Assembly (NCBI GenBank): GCA_013239625.1
Contig: MU054308.1
Location: 169,356-233,355, forward strand
Direction: 5' to 3'
From: Lama guanicoe
Taxonomy: Eukaryota
Length of the DNA: 64,000 nucleotides
Below are positions 14,901 through 28,929 of this stretch, piece after piece. Under the pieces are notes generated by a model. That model did not search any database, was not told where the DNA came from, and worked only from the letters and a program-made list of their open reading frames with translations. The position numbers were made by a program, and so were the translations under genes. The first letter of the stretch is position 1. Every line of letters starts with the position of its first letter.

Positions 14901-14975
14901 TGAAATGTACTTAAAACCCTAATGTACACTTTCAAAGGCTGCATTTTATGGTATGTGAATTATATATCCATAAAG
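9600..14975 (+). mobile_element. Old near-full-length L1M (L1MA/MB-like) with degraded ORF1 and internally deleted ORF2
   Basis: ORF1-like ~10700-11570. ORF2 peptides include TLPNSFNETSITLIPKPDK (12636..). The endonuclease region is missing near 12150. The 3'UTR ends gtatgtgaattatatatccataaagctgtt. Confidence 0.85.
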
Positions 14976-15655
14976 CTGTTATTCTTGAAGCTGAGCCCAC
15001 CTATGGAGCACCTGGCACAGCACTGACTGCGGCATCTGGAGGGGGAGTGACCCATCCACCCACCACAAAGGACAGCAGCACCTGACCCAGTGTTGGAGGG
15101 GAGCGATTTTGCCAACAGACACTGTGAGCAGCACAGATGAGGGGGCCAACAGAGTGCCTCTGGAAACAGCAAGCTGAGATCGTGAAACAGGGCAAATACA
15201 CAAAGACCTCCTAATAAAACCATTAAGAGTACACAGTCTGTAGGAGAACACATCTTTGTTTTTTAAAACTTTTTTATATCTGTTTTATTTTCTATTACCT
15301 TTTTAATCTTTACTTTTTAAACAGTTGTATATGTTTACAGTTCTCATTTCATTTTTAAGTCTCTTGGTTTTCATCTGTCATTGATTATTCACAGGTTTCA
15401 AATATTGGGTTTTGATTTTTTTCTTCCTTTTATTAAGGTTTTTGAAAGACATCTCAACTCAATTCCTATTCAGCTTAAAATTGCTCTTCTATTATTTATT
15501 ATACACTGTTTTCAAACCTTCTTTTCCTCCATTCTTTTAAAATTCTCTCTCTCTTTTTTTAAGTTTAATCCCACATAGGCCTTAGATAGATAAATAAACT
15601 CCTTAAGGACCACATTAGATAACTGATATTCCTTAAGCCACAGTGCCGGAGAGAT

Positions 15656-16548
15656 ATGAGCAATATGAAGAAGCAGAGGAACTACTCCCAATTAAAAGAG
15701 CAGGAGAAATCCCCTGAAAGAATGATCAATGAAATAGACATTGATGGCCTACTAGATCAAGATTTTAAAAAAGTGATCAAATTACTGAAGGAATTAAAAG
15801 ACAGTGTTTAGAGATATAAAATATGTCAAAAACAAAATAGAAGCTATAAAGAAGAGCAGAGTAGAACTGGTAAATTCATTCACTGAAATGAGACCTGACC
15901 TAAAGGCTGTACAAAGCAGGCTAGATAATGCAGAGGAATGAATAAGTGACCTAGAAGACAGGAAAACAGAAAGCACCCAATCAGAACCACTGAGAGAAAA
16001 ACAAATAAAAAACAATGAAAACAATATAAGTAACTTATGGGATAACATAAAGCATGCCAATCTATGCATAATAGGGATTCCAGAAGGGGAAGAAAGAACA
16101 AAGGGGATGGAAAAGGTATTTAAAGAAATCATGACTGAAAACTTCCCAAACCTAAAGAAGGAATCAGACACCTAAGTACAGTAGGCTCAGAGGTCCCCAA
16201 ACAGGAAGAGCCCAAACAGACCCACACCAAGACATATCATAATCAAGATGGCCAGACTGAAGGATAAAGAAATGATCCAAAAGGCAGCAAGAGAAAAACA
16301 AAGAGTGAGTTACAAGAGAATCCCTATAAGGCTCTCAGCTGATTTCTCTACACAAACACTACAGGCCAGTAGGCACAGGCAAGATATATTCAAAGTCCTG
16401 AATTGAAAAATGATGCAGCCTAGGATAATTTATCCAGCAAGGCTATCCTTTAGAAGAGGAGATAAGGAATTTCTCAGAGAAGCAAAAACTAAAAGAGTTT
16501 AGCAACACTGAACCCATGCTAAAAGAAAAATTGAAAGGTCTACTCTAA
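15656..16548 (+). pseudogene. L1 ORF1p remnant
   Basis: Starts MSNMKKQRNYSQLKEQEKSPE and ends ggtctactcTAA; internal stops and frameshifts. Confidence 0.8.
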
Positions 16549-16969
16549 ATAGAAAAGAAGGATGCTACAGAAATGAGAAACTCATAAATAGAAAGGTGAT
16601 AACTACCATGAATTACAAATAGAATAAACACGAAATTGTAAAAGAAGACATCTAAATCATTGAGTGGGAGAGGGAAGCAAGAAAATATAGAGTCATTCCC
16701 CTTCCCCTTCTCCTTGTCTCTTTTTTTTTTTAATTTTTTGTTCTCGGTAGGATGGGTTTGAGATTACATTACTATCTGTTTAGTACACACAGTTACAGTA
16801 ATTGGTTAACAGACTTACAAAAAAGTGTAACCACAAGCCAAAAACTGATAAATGAGTCACAAAAACTAAATACAATCCAAGATAATACAAAGGAAAATTA
16901 CCATACCGCAAAAGGAAGAAGAAAGTAACAAAGAGGAAATAGCAAGTCAACTGCAAAAATAAGTTCAAA

Positions 16970-19900
16970 ATAGCAATAAACACTCATCTATCATTAATTA
17001 TTGTAATGTTAATGAACTAAATGCTCCAGTCAAAAGACAGAGTGGCAGACTGGATAATAAAGCAAGAACCTTCAATACACTGCATACAAGGGACACACTT
17101 TAGGGAGAAGGGCACATATAGATTGAGAGTGAATGGATAGGAAAGGATATTTTACACAAATGGAAATGCCAAAAAAGCAGGTGTAGCAGTACTGATTTCA
17201 GACAAAATAGACTTTAAAACAAGGGCCATAAAGAAAGATAAACAAGGTCATCATATAATGATTAAAGGAATAATACAAGATAAGGATATTACAATCATTA
17301 ATATATATGCACTCAACATAGTAACATCTAAGTACATAAAACAACTACTAACACAGATAAAGGGGGAAATTGATGGGAATACAATAATTGTCAGAAATAT
17401 TAACACCACATTAACATCACTAGACAGATCTTCCAGACAGAAAATAAATAAGGCAACAGAAAAATTAAATGATACAAGAGAAAAATTAGATTTAGTTGAT
17501 ATTTTCAGAGCATTACAACCCCCCAAAATAGGATATACATTCTTTTCAAGTGCACATGGAATATTTTCTAGGATTGATCATGTACCTGGTCACAAAAGAA
17601 GCCTCAACAATTATAACAAGCTAGAAATTTTCTCAAGCATCTTTACTGACCACAATGCCATGACACTAGATATCAACTACAGAGAAACAAAGGAGAAAAA
17701 AAGGAAAGCATAGAGATTAAACAACATGCAACTAAAAAGTAATGGATCAATGATGAAATCAAAGTTGAAATTAAAGAATACCTTGAGACAAATGAAAATG
17801 AAAACACAACCACACAAAACTTATGGGATGCAGCAAAAGCAGTGCTATAAGGGAAGTTTAGGGTGATACAGGCCTTCCTCAAAAAAGAAGAATAATCTCA
17901 AATAAACAATCTAACCTACCAGCTAAAAGAACTAGAAAAAGAAGAGCAAAAACACCCAAAAGTCAGTAGAAGGAAGGAAATAATAAAGATCAGGGAGAAA
18001 ACAAATAAAATAGAGATTTAAAAAAATCAAACCAAAAACTGGTTTTTTGAAAGAGTAAATAAAATCAACAGACCTCTGGCCAAACTCACAAAAAAGGAAA
18101 AAGTGAGAGCACAAATATGCAAAATAAGAAAGGAAAATGGAGAAATTACAACAAATAACATAGAAATACAGAATATCATACGAGAATATCATGAAAAACT
18201 CTATGGAACCTAAATGGATAACCTAGAGGAGATGGACAAGTTGCTGGAAACATACTGCCCACCAAGACTGAATCAAGAAGAAACTAACCACTTGAACAAA
18301 CCAATCACTAGAAATGAAATCGAATTAACAATAAAAAAAACTCCCTACAAATAAAAGTCCAGGACTGTACAGCTTCAATGGGGAATTCTACCACACATAC
18401 AAAGAAGAACTCATACCAGTCCTTCTCAAACTCTTCCAGAAGATTGAAAAACAGGGAATATTCTCAAACTCATTCTATGAAGCTGCCATCACCATGATAC
18501 AAAAACTAGGCAAAGACACCACCAAATAAGAGAATTACAGACAAATATCACTGATGAACACGGATGCAGAAAGTCCTTACCAAAATAATAGCAAATAGAA
18601 TCCAACAGCACATAAAAAAGATTATGCACCATGCTCAAGTGGGGTTCATCTCAGAGACACAAGGGTGGTCCAACATAAGCAAATCAATCAATGTAATACA
18701 TGACACCAACAAGAGAAAGGACAAAATCCACATGATCATCTCAATAGACACAGAAAAATCATTTGATAAAATTCAACACCCACTTATGATAAAAACTCTC
18801 ACCAAAGTGGGTATTGAGGGAACATATCTCAACATCATAAAAGATATATATGACAAACCTACAGCCAGCATAGTACTCAATGGTGAAAAACACAAAAACT
18901 TCTCACTAAAGTCTGGGACAAGACAAGGATGCCCACTATCACCACTCCTATTCAACATAGTCTTGGAAGTCCTGGCCACAGCAATCAGGCAAGTGAGAGA
19001 AGAAAAATGGATCTAAATTGGAAAAGAAGAGATAAAAGTGTCACTATATGCAGGTGACATGATTCTATATATAGAAAACCCTAAAAGATCCACACAAAAA
19101 CTACTAGAGCTGATTGAAGATTTAGCACAGTAGAAGGTTACACGATTAACGTTCAAAAATCAGTTGCATTTCTTTACACTAATGATGAATCAACAGAAAA
19201 AGAAAGAAACAATACCCTTTAAAATAGCACCTAAAGTATTAAAATACCTAGAAATAAATTTAATCAAGGAAGTGAGAGAATTTTACACAGAACACTATAA
19301 ACCATTGGTGAAGGAAATTAAAGAAGACTTTAAAAAATGGAAAGGTATCCCATGCTCTTGGACTGGAAGAATCAATATTGTTAAAATGGTCACACTGCCC
19401 AAGGCCATCTACAGATTTAATGCAATCCTTATCAATTTAACCAGGACATATTTCATAGAACTAGAACAAAACACAATAAAATTTATATGGAACCATCAAA
19501 GACATAGAATTGCCAGGGCATTACTGAAGAAAAAGAAAGAGGCTGGAAGAATAACTCTCCCAGACTTCAGACAATACTATAATACTGAAGAAAAGAGGCT
19601 GGAAGAATAACTCTCCCAGACTTCAGACAATACTATAGAGCTACAGTCATCAAGACAGCACGGTATTGGTACAAAAACAGACATATAGACCAATGGAACA
19701 GAATAGAGAGCCCAGAAATGAACCCACAAACTTTTGGTCAACTCATCTTCGACAAAGGAGACAAGAATTTACAATGGAATAAAGACAGTCTCTTCAGCGA
19801 GATAAACATAAGACAAGATACAATAAATCTCCTAGAAAAAAATACAGGCAAAATATCTGACATACATCTCAAAAATGTTCCCCTAGGCAGTCTATACATG

Positions 19901-20700
19901 CAATAGAAATAAAAGCAAGAATAAACAAATGGGCTAATGAAACATACAAGCTTCTGCACAGCAAAGGAAACCAGAAGTAATACAAAAAGACAATCTATGG
20001 AATGGAAAAAATTTTTGCAAATGAAACCGACAAAGGCTTGATCTCCAGAATATATGAGCAGCTCATACCATTTAATAAGAAAAAATCAAACAACCCAATC
20101 CAAAAATGGGCAGAAGACCTAAACAAGCAATTCTCCAAGGAAGAAACACAAGTGATCAATAGACACATGAAAAAATACCCTATTCCACTAATTATCAGAG
20201 AAATGCAAATCAAAACTATGATAAGATATTACCTCACACCAGTCAGAATGGCCATCATTCAAAAGGCTACAAATGACAAATGCTGGAGAGGCTGTGGAGG
20301 AAATGGAACCCTTCTACACTGCTGGTGGAATTGCAGTTTGGTGCAGTCACTATGGAAAACAGTATGGAGATTCCTCAAAACTAGGAATAGATTTACCATA
20401 TGACCCAGGAATCCTGCTCCTGGGCTTATATCCAGATGGACCCCTACTTCAGGATTACACCTGCACCCCAATGTTCATTGCAGCACTATTTACAATAGCC
20501 AAGACATGGAAACAGCCTAAATGTCCATCAACAGGTGACTGGATAAAGAAGCTGTGGTATATTTATACAATGGAATACTATTCAGCCATAAAAATCAACA
20601 ACATAATGCCATTTGCAGCCAACATGGATGCTCCTGGAGAATGTCATTCTAAGTGAAGTTAAGCCAGAAAGAGAAAGAAAAATACCATATGAGATCGCTC
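16970..20700 (+). pseudogene. L1 ORF2p remnant (endonuclease / reverse transcriptase)
   Basis: Fragmented ORFs 17258..17713, 18564..19016, 19164..19610, 20002..20403 and 20273..20656 all carry L1 ORF2 motifs. Confidence 0.9.
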
Positions 20701-20711
20701 AGACACAGAAT

Positions 20712-20768
<57 letters not shown>

Positions 20769-21227
20769 AAAAAAAAAAAATAGAATACAGTGGTAACTAG
20801 GGGGACAGAGGGTGGGAAGGGACAGACTGGGATTTCAAAATGTAGAATAGATAAACAAGATTGTACTGTATAGCTCAGGGAAATATATACAGTATCTTGT
20901 GGTGGCTCACAGTGAAAGAGAATGTGACAATGAATGTATGTATTTTCATGTATAACTAAAAAATTGTGCTCTACACTGGAATTTACCTAAACATTGTAAA
21001 ATTACTATAACTCAATAAAAAAAAAAGTATTTAAAAAAATCAGTATTTAATGTAGTTGTTAGTTCCAGAGTGGAAAGTAAGGGGATGAAATTGGACAAAG
21101 CACTTCATGGGTAACATTTATGTTCTTTTTCTTAAACTGGGATGTGGATCATTATTCTTTACAGCTTAAATACATTTCTACTCTTGGAAATCTATTCAGT
21201 ATGGAATAAAATTAACTAAAAATATTT

Positions 21228-21311
21228 AGGGGAAAGAGCTCAGCAGTAGAGTACACGCTTATCATGCACAAGGTCCTGGGTTCAATCCTCAGTATTTCTA
21301 TAAAAAAAAAA
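21228..21311 (+). mobile_element. Vic-1-like SINE
   Basis: agctcagcagtagagtacacgcttatcatgcacaaggtcctgggttcaatcctcagt plus A tail. Confidence 0.8.
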
Positions 21312-22640
21312 TTTAGAAAGTATTTAAAATGCATATATTTTAAATAATCAGTAGTATTTAAAAGTTAAATAAAAAGAGCCCAAGTAGTTTTGAGCACAGA
21401 GAGATTATCCCCCATACACACCCTACCTCTGCCCTCTACGTTTTGTGTAAATTAATCTGTGTCAAAGAGTAGGACATTTGTGGTGTGACTGTCACTTCCT
21501 AAAATGAACTGTAATGAGAACAACTACCATGCAAGAACCTTATAAAAATACTACCTTTTCAGTTTGACGCTGTATTTCGGAGGAGCCTTTTCCTGGTTGG
21601 AACAATATACAAAACAATGGAGAAGCCAAAGACAAATTTAGGCAAAAGATATCAACATTCAGCCTTTGGCCCCAAACTCTTTTTTTGGTTAAGAGAGGAG
21701 AGTACTTCAGAGACCATCTGCAGCTTTCTAGCTAAGAAGCCATGCTTGGCACACACCCTCTGAATCCTGCTAAACAGAACGGGTAATTATGACTATATAT
21801 TAGAGCTGCCATGTAAGCTTCTGCCTGTGAAGCCAGGCCGATAGGCTCAGGGCTAGATAAATCTGGTCAGCAGCTCATCACTGGTGCCCAGAAATGTGGA
21901 TCCGGCCATCACAGCTGGACAGAAGCCAGATCAACAAAAGAAAATCCCTGGTTCGGTGTTGCACCCCTCTGGAGGTTGAGGCCACCAAAAGCAAAGGACT
22001 AATCACACAATTCAGAGCAGTGGTGGTGAAATTCAGTGTTCTGGCACCCACGTATTTCCCTTCAGACAGTGCAGCTGGTGTTTTAATTTTGACATCAAGC
22101 ACAAACTAATCCTTTATCACTTTTTTGCCTCCCTAACACTGTAAGGGCGGTTTTTTTTTAATTAAAACAATAATAAAATTTGCTCATTTGAGTTGTTGAA
22201 CATGCATTTCTCCATATAAATTAAGAACTCATTTCTAAACGCAGAAAAGCACCAGTTTTACCAGTTTTGCCATTGAAACCATGAAGATATCAGGGCTGCT
22301 CTTAGCCCACATCTGTAGGGCTGAGTGAAGCATTCCTCTGGGAGCCAGAATTTCAAGGATGATCCTCCCTTGAGACCTCCTTTCTTTTTCAAAGTGTTGT
22401 CTTAAGACACTGGAGTGTTTCCTAAGGGTAATATTCCTGTCAGAGGCTGGGCTGCATTATCAAAGAAAAGTCTTTTTCCATTTCACTTAGTTATTATCCT
22501 CAGGACAAAAGGGATGTATCATCCAAAGCAGAAAGTGCTGTGCAATGAGTCTTCTTTAACTAAACCAGTTGGAGACCCTGAATATCATTTTTTGTCTAGT
22601 CAACTTTTCAGCACGCTAACAAGCAATAAAGAGAAGTTAC

Positions 22641-22773
22641 TTCCAGATAGTTATTTTGATTAAAATATCCATACAGAAAGCAATTCACCCCCACAATTGC
22701 TGCCAGGAGGAGCATTTGAGTGTAATAGCCCAGCCAAGTGAAGTAGATTCTGACCTTCTCTCCATAGGATTTC
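22641..22773 (-). pseudogene. ANO6: ANO6 exon-8-like (first TM helix) with -2 deletion near its 3' end
   Basis: ttctgcag|GAAATCC...TGGAA|gtaact, 133 nt. Reads KSYGEKVRIYFTWLGYYTQMLLLAAIVGVNCFLYGYFNQNN against human KYYGEKIGIYFAWLGYYTQMLLLAAVVGVACFLYGYLNQDNCTW. Confidence 0.92.
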
Positions 22774-22847
22774 CTGCAGAAAGACAGAAGGTAGTCTCAG
22801 AAGACACACATAGTCACTCGGTAGCTTCATCCTGATATTAACTTCTT

Positions 22848-22978
22848 TTTTTACTTTGATTTAGGGGGGGCATAATTAGGTTTATTTATTTGTTTTTTAA
22901 ATGGAGGCATTGGGGATTGAACCTGGGACCTCATGCATGCTAGTCATGCACTCTACCACTGGGCTATACCCTCCTTCC
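22848..22978 (-). mobile_element. Vic-1-like SINE
   Basis: Reverse tRNA-like body, flanked by atattaa(c/t)ttct TSD. Confidence 0.85.
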
Positions 22979-25900
22979 ATCATATTAATTTCTGATTCTA
23001 TATCAAGGGGGCTTTAAGTTTAAACCTCTGACTCAATTCACACTTAAAACATATGCGTTTTCATAGCAGACCCTAAATTCTACCATGAAATAAGTAGTAC
23101 TTTACGTATCATCAAAGTACTGATCACTTGTTCACCTGCTGAAGAGAGATAAATGAGAACAGAGCAAAGGAGGGGACGAGGCTGACTCCGGAGCAGATGC
23201 AGGGGATCATCACCACTCACTGGAAAGACTGCCACATTCAACAAATCCCCCCAAAGATCATTCTTAACAGGCTTGACACAAGTGGACATCAACAAGTGGC
23301 TCAGTCATCTGCTCCTGCCTTATCTCGGGAACTTCCCTGGAGCAAATGCATCGTAAACCACAGATAGTAAGGAAGTGGCTGATAATGATAACAACTGGGA
23401 GTGCAATATCTCTCTGACAAAATACTTATAAAACTCATTGTGGGAATGGGAGAGGGCAGGAGGGAGGTGACTGAGGAAGGTACTGCCCTGTGTTCTTTGT
23501 ATCTAGCACGTCTGTTGTTCCTAGGTTTTAAAAACTCTTCAATGTTTCTCAGTTAATCTGGAGTAGATGGAATAGGCCAGGGAGGCAAGATTAGAAGAAA
23601 GGACGCAGGGCATGAAGTGGTGCCAGGCTGGTCCTGAAAGGGAGACAGACACAGAAGGCAGACACAGAGGGTTTAGGGATGAAGCAGAACAACGAGACAG
23701 CTGCTCGGGTGTGTCTTGCTTTTGCTGATACTTCCCTCAACTGGCTCACTGCTGACTCGGCAGTGCTGGGTAAAACCTGTGGATTTCCTCAGCTCTGAGT
23801 TCTCTCTGAGGCTTCTGGCTCATTCTGGAGCTGCGCTGAGCTCCGTGGGCTTAGCCTAGTGGGGACTTAGCTCTGAGAACAGCCTGCAGTCCTGGGAAAC
23901 TTCATGCAGGAACCTCCTTGGGCTGGACCAGTGCTCACAGGGCTGCTGTGAGACCAGCTCCATCATCAGAGGCCTGGGCATAGACCATTCCATGGGGAAA
24001 AGGGCTGGGCCTGATGCTGAATCAGGAGATAGGAGGGACAAAGTGTGTTCATTCTCATGTGACTGGGCTTTGTGGCCTGGCTCATGGATGGCAGGCTCAG
24101 GATGGTGTCTGGCAGAGAAAACCCTGGCAATGGGTTTGAGATGCCTTGGACTCTTTCTTGTAAAGCTTTCTGTAATACATTCTTATCAACTATCTGTCCT
24201 GGAAATGCCACATTCAAAACTGAAATAATGTTAGAAGTTGCATGCTCCAACTGGCCAATGGTAAACACACCCTGTTACAGTAAGAGAGCTGGGTAGGCAG
24301 CCTCTGCCTGCATATTTACAGTGACGGGGTGTTCATTACTTCCAAAGGTTACATTTTGGCAAGAAGGTCAGAAAGAGTTTTTGAGCCTTAAACAGATGTC
24401 TGCCTCCTAGTCCTTGATGAAAGGCTAGAAATAATGAGGATCACTTCAAATGTCATTTTGTCTGATTGTTATCTCTCTGTCAAACAAACGCCAATTCTTA
24501 ATATCAATTTTTCAAAATTCAGTTTTTATTTCTTTTTTATCAAAGTTATACCATGCATTCATTAAAGAGTCAAACAATTCTAGAACACCGATTGTAAAAA
24601 GGAGCAGTTCCCAACAACCGCCCCCATTTCCAGGCCAGAAGCAACCACGTTCAGCTCCTACTGCTGATTCTTGGAATAATTACCCCCCTATCTCTTGAGT
24701 AATATACTTGTAGCACAGCCTACTAACTTTTTCAACTTTGTGTATCACCGATTTGACTTTCCATTTTGGAAAATGAGGATTAAGCTCTATTTCAAACCCC
24801 ATCTCATCTATACTCCCAAACCTTCATCCTTCCAAACCTTTGACATGATTACATTATAATTTTGATCACCTCAATATCCTTACTTTACATTACTAGGACT
24901 CTGTACAGAATGTTCACAGCTGTAGCAAGTTGTCTGCTATGCTTACTTTTTCCTTCCCTACATTGTTTTCCCTGGAGTTAATAATTGTCTTGGTGGTTCA
25001 TAGCTGAGTTTTCTGTGCACTTAAAAATTCAAGCCCAGACCTTCTCCTAATGAATTACACATGTACAAACATCCTCTTAAAACTATGTTCTACTGGATAA
25101 CCCGGGTTAATGAGAAAGTGCCTCTTGATGACTGTGATCCTGTTGATAAATGAGGGAGGAAATTAGAATATGACCACATGAAATAAAATCCCTTATGAAA
25201 TAATGATCCTAAGTGACAATCACTACTGGCTGCTGTCATCACAAAAGAGACAACTGGACATTATGTACCTTATGACAGGAGTACAAAATTCCATGTAACA
25301 AGTATTCTTGCACAAAGTTGAACCTCAATCAGATCAAGCTTTTAGGGGAGGATCAAATCACTTAGCTAAAGCAAATACACAGGATGGAGAAACAAGTCTA
25401 ACACCAGAAGGAAGAATGAAATCAGCCAAACAGGAAATAGAGAAACCCCTCAGGAATTTCAAGGAAAAGAAGAAACAGGAAACTTATAGATTTGAACCCA
25501 CTTGAGAGATATGTTAGCTGCAATGTCTGAACCTTGTCTGGATCTTGATTTCAACCCCAAAACTACTTAAAAATATATTTTTGTGACAATCAGGGAATTA
25601 TTTTGTAACCCTAAGAAAAAAAAGGACTATTCCATTTGTATTTAAAAGAGATCTTGTCATTTCACTAATGAAAGGTTAAGCTATGTAGGATTGTCTTCAA
25701 AATGATCCAGCAGAGGGAGAGGCGAGGAGGTAGAGATAAAAGATGCAACAACAGTGATTCTGAGTTTATAATTCAGGAGCTGGGTGACCGATACAGGCAG
25801 GCTGGCTTTGGTATCCTCTCTACTTCTGTACACTTTTGAAATTTTCCATAAAATGTGAAAACATAAAAAACACTTCACAGTGTTTTAAAACCCTCACTTT

Positions 25901-26769
25901 GAAGTTGAAGAGGTTTGCCCAAGTAGGTGGGCACCAGCATGGGGCACTGAGATGAGAAAGAACAGACACCTGGCTCCAGGCTGACCTGGGGCTACCTTGA
26001 CCCTCCTCTTCTCCTCACCATCCACAGCCAGCCCATAACTGCTTCCTGTCAGCTTCACTCCCCAAACGCATTCATCCCTGGCTCCCACCATCTCTCATCT
26101 GGCCCACGCCAAGAGCCTCCTATCCGGCCTCCCTGCTTCCTGGGTCCCTGCAATCCATTCTCCACATTATCTTTGCAAATGTGAGTGAGAGAAAATTACT
26201 TTATTGCTTAAACCATCATGACTGCTTCTCACCACACTTAGAGTCTACATTCCTTTCCGTGCTCCTGATGCTCTTCTAAACATCGCATCTCTTCAGTCTC
26301 ACCAGTGCTGGCTCCAGTATCTCCTCAAACCTGCTGAGCACATTTGTGCCTCGGGGCCAATAGACAAGCTGCCTCTATTCCTGGGGAGACTTTTCCCAGA
26401 TCCTCAAAATCCAGCCTCTTTATCGCCATCTCAGCTCACATGTAACCTACTCAAAGATAGTTTTCTTGACTCACTTCCCCCCAAGTCTCCCATCTCAACA
26501 CTGTGTTATTTCCTTCATTTCAATCTGACATTGTTTCCTTATTCGCCCAATTATTTTTGTTTGCTTTGTTGTCCTTGGCCTCCCTCCTCCCAGCAGCCTT
26601 GCCCAAATAGCATAAGCTCCCGGGGAGCAGCCTGCACTGGTGCTCTGAGAAGACACACACTGAGCGCGACATTATAGTCATGTGGTGTAGTGAAATGGAG
26701 TCGAACAGCAGATACAGCAGTGAGAATTTCTCTTACTTTATAATTTAAGTGAAATCTAACATTTAATCC

Positions 26770-27200
26770 TGTTTAATGAAGAATTTGGTAGGTCTTTGGT
26801 CCCAGTTCCTGGACGGCAACTCCTAAAGCCTTGAAATTTCCCAAGATAGTAGTGTCTTTGTTATTCATGGTGGAACGTTGGATGGCTTGTGTTCATGAGA
26901 TGACTCAGGATGGGGACTGGCCAGCCAGAGACACCAACCATTTGATTAGAAGAGTGGGTCTTTGAGCTTTGTGACAAGTGAGTGACCACCAGGAGAGGAA
27001 GGGGCTTAATGGTTAGGGCTAAGGAAAGGTTTGACTAACAGTTAGGGTTTGGGTTAGCCATGTCGGTAGTGACCCAATAAATCATGGCTTTGTAATAAAG
27101 CCTGCAGTAAAACTTGGGGCAACAAAGCTCAGAGCTCCTGTGAGCTTCCTGGTTGGTAACACTCTTGGAGGACTGTCACACTCAGATGCCATGAGGGCAA
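26770..27200 (+). mobile_element. MER21C-like ERVL LTR
   Basis: agtgtctttgttattcatggtgg...gactcaggatggggactggcc...accaaccatttgattaga matches my recall of the MER21 consensus. Confidence 0.7.
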
Positions 27201-27242
27201 CCCTGAGCCCTTCCCACTGAAGTGCTCTCCACAACGGCTCAC

Positions 27243-27357
27243 CTGATGAGATCTAAGGGCTGCTTCTTGTCTATGCTTCGAGGAGGAGCCCATTCCCTGT
27301 ACAGAAGGCCCTGTTTGCTGGGGCAGCTAAGGTCCTCTGATGGAGGCTGAAGTTGCA
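27243..27357 (-). pseudogene. ANO6: ANO6 exon-7-like with -1 frameshift
   Basis: ttcccag|TGC...ATCAG|gtgagc, 115 nt. Reads CNFSL then shifts to SEDLSCPSKQGLLYREWAPPRSIDKKQPLDLI. As spliced, the shifted frame hits TAG within the exon. Confidence 0.92.
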
Positions 27358-28428
27358 CTGGGAAGTAGAAGCAAATAGGTGAGTGTCACTATCACCACGT
27401 GTTCACATGTTTTGTTGATAAAATGTTGTGCTAACACTTTGTGGTCATTTGTAAATAAGGGGCCCTCACTTGCCAGAAGGGATGGACATACTATATAATT
27501 TTTCATAATTCTCACCCAGGATTAATACTAACCCCTTGAGGGTCATTTGCAAACGTGGGTGTAAAGGAACGCTTGGATGTTACAGTCCTGGGACCCCGTG
27601 GGTACCTGGTGAGAGCTTTGCAGATGGTTAATGTCTTACAACCGGGCCAGTCTTCCACAGCAAAAAAAACTAGGCCACCCAAGTGCCCAAACTGCTGCAG
27701 TGGAGGGACACCTGACGGTCCAGCCCCTCCTTGGGCACCCAGAGGAACCTGGACTCTGGCTGGTTAGGGGCAGGTTCAATTCTAAAACCCAGGCTTTTTT
27801 GTCCCCACAATTCAGTAGATATTCGGTGAAAGCACATGGAATATAAACAATGAAGAAACTTGACATGATGTTATATATTTAGCTTACTGAAGAAAAAAAA
27901 TTTAAATTCAGTCATTCTCCTTCCCACCTGACCTACCTTCCTTTCTCCTGTACTAGAACCAGATTAGTACCCACCCAGCCTTAACATGGGTCCTGACTCC
28001 ACTTACCTCCCTCCCAAACACCACATGAGATGATTCCTCAGCCTGGATGTGGGACCAGCAATTACAAGAGGCTTTAGTGGAAAAGAACTGGTTGTGCACA
28101 GATGCCAACTAAACACTGTAGAATCCTGGTGTCCCACACTAGTAATCATGACAGCTGTTTGCAAGTGTCCCCAAAGTTCATTTCAGATTCTCACTGCTAA
28201 TTTTGCTGGGACATATATATAAAACATGTGGACTCCTGGGCTGGACTGCTATGCTGGGTCTCTTATCCAGGAAGCTCAGTGTCTTCTCCCTGCACCCAGC
28301 TCCCTGTTCTGTTCATGCATGTGCATCAAGCAGCTGTTTAGTGTCCATTTTAATATCTTAAACAGTGCATTTCAATATTGTCTTCATCCACAAATACGTG
28401 TACCACACAGTAGTAATGATCAATCTCA

Positions 28429-28491
28429 NNNNNNNNNNNNNNNNNNNNNNNNNNNNNNNNNNNNNNNNNNNNNNNNNNNNNNNNNNNNNNN
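28429..28491. other. Assembly gap (63 N)
   Basis: Run of N. Confidence 1.
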
Positions 28492-28929
28492 TAGAGCGCT
28501 ATAGTATTTCCTTTATTTCAATGACAGGATCTATTTAAAGAGCTTAGATATAACATCCTTGCATTTATGGCATCATTAAGCATCTGAAGCAGTTACATTT
28601 TAAAATCTTCATTTCATGCAAGATGTTACCAGTTAGAGAAGTGCTCCTGAATTTGAGGGGTTGCTGTCATCTCAGACGGAGTCCCTAAAAAATGTCAACA
28701 TTCTGAAGTATTGCCATCATGACAAGAACCCAGACAGATGAAATTTGGAAAGCCATTTGGCTTTCTAGTGCACAGACAGAAAATGGTATTTCAGAGGGAA
28801 AAGGCCTGAATTACAGAAAATGATAAATGAAATGGTCTAACATGCATTTCCCTTACAAATAACTAATACTTCTTTGATTGATAATAACATCTGTCAGTAA
28901 TTATGAAAAGATCTGACAGATGCATAGTA

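Larger units (their letters stand above)
14977..21040 (+). mobile_element. Younger near-full-length lineage-specific L1, inactivated
   Basis: 5'UTR remnant, ORF1 and ORF2 with EN (ITIINIYALN, GYTFFSSAHGIFSRIDH), RT ([22 protein letters not shown]) and C-terminal ([24 protein letters not shown]) motifs, then 3'UTR and A-rich tail. Confidence 0.95.

Noticed and set aside
27010..27060. Telomere-like TTAGGG hexamers
   Set aside because: Only 2-3 imperfect, non-contiguous units inside an LTR.
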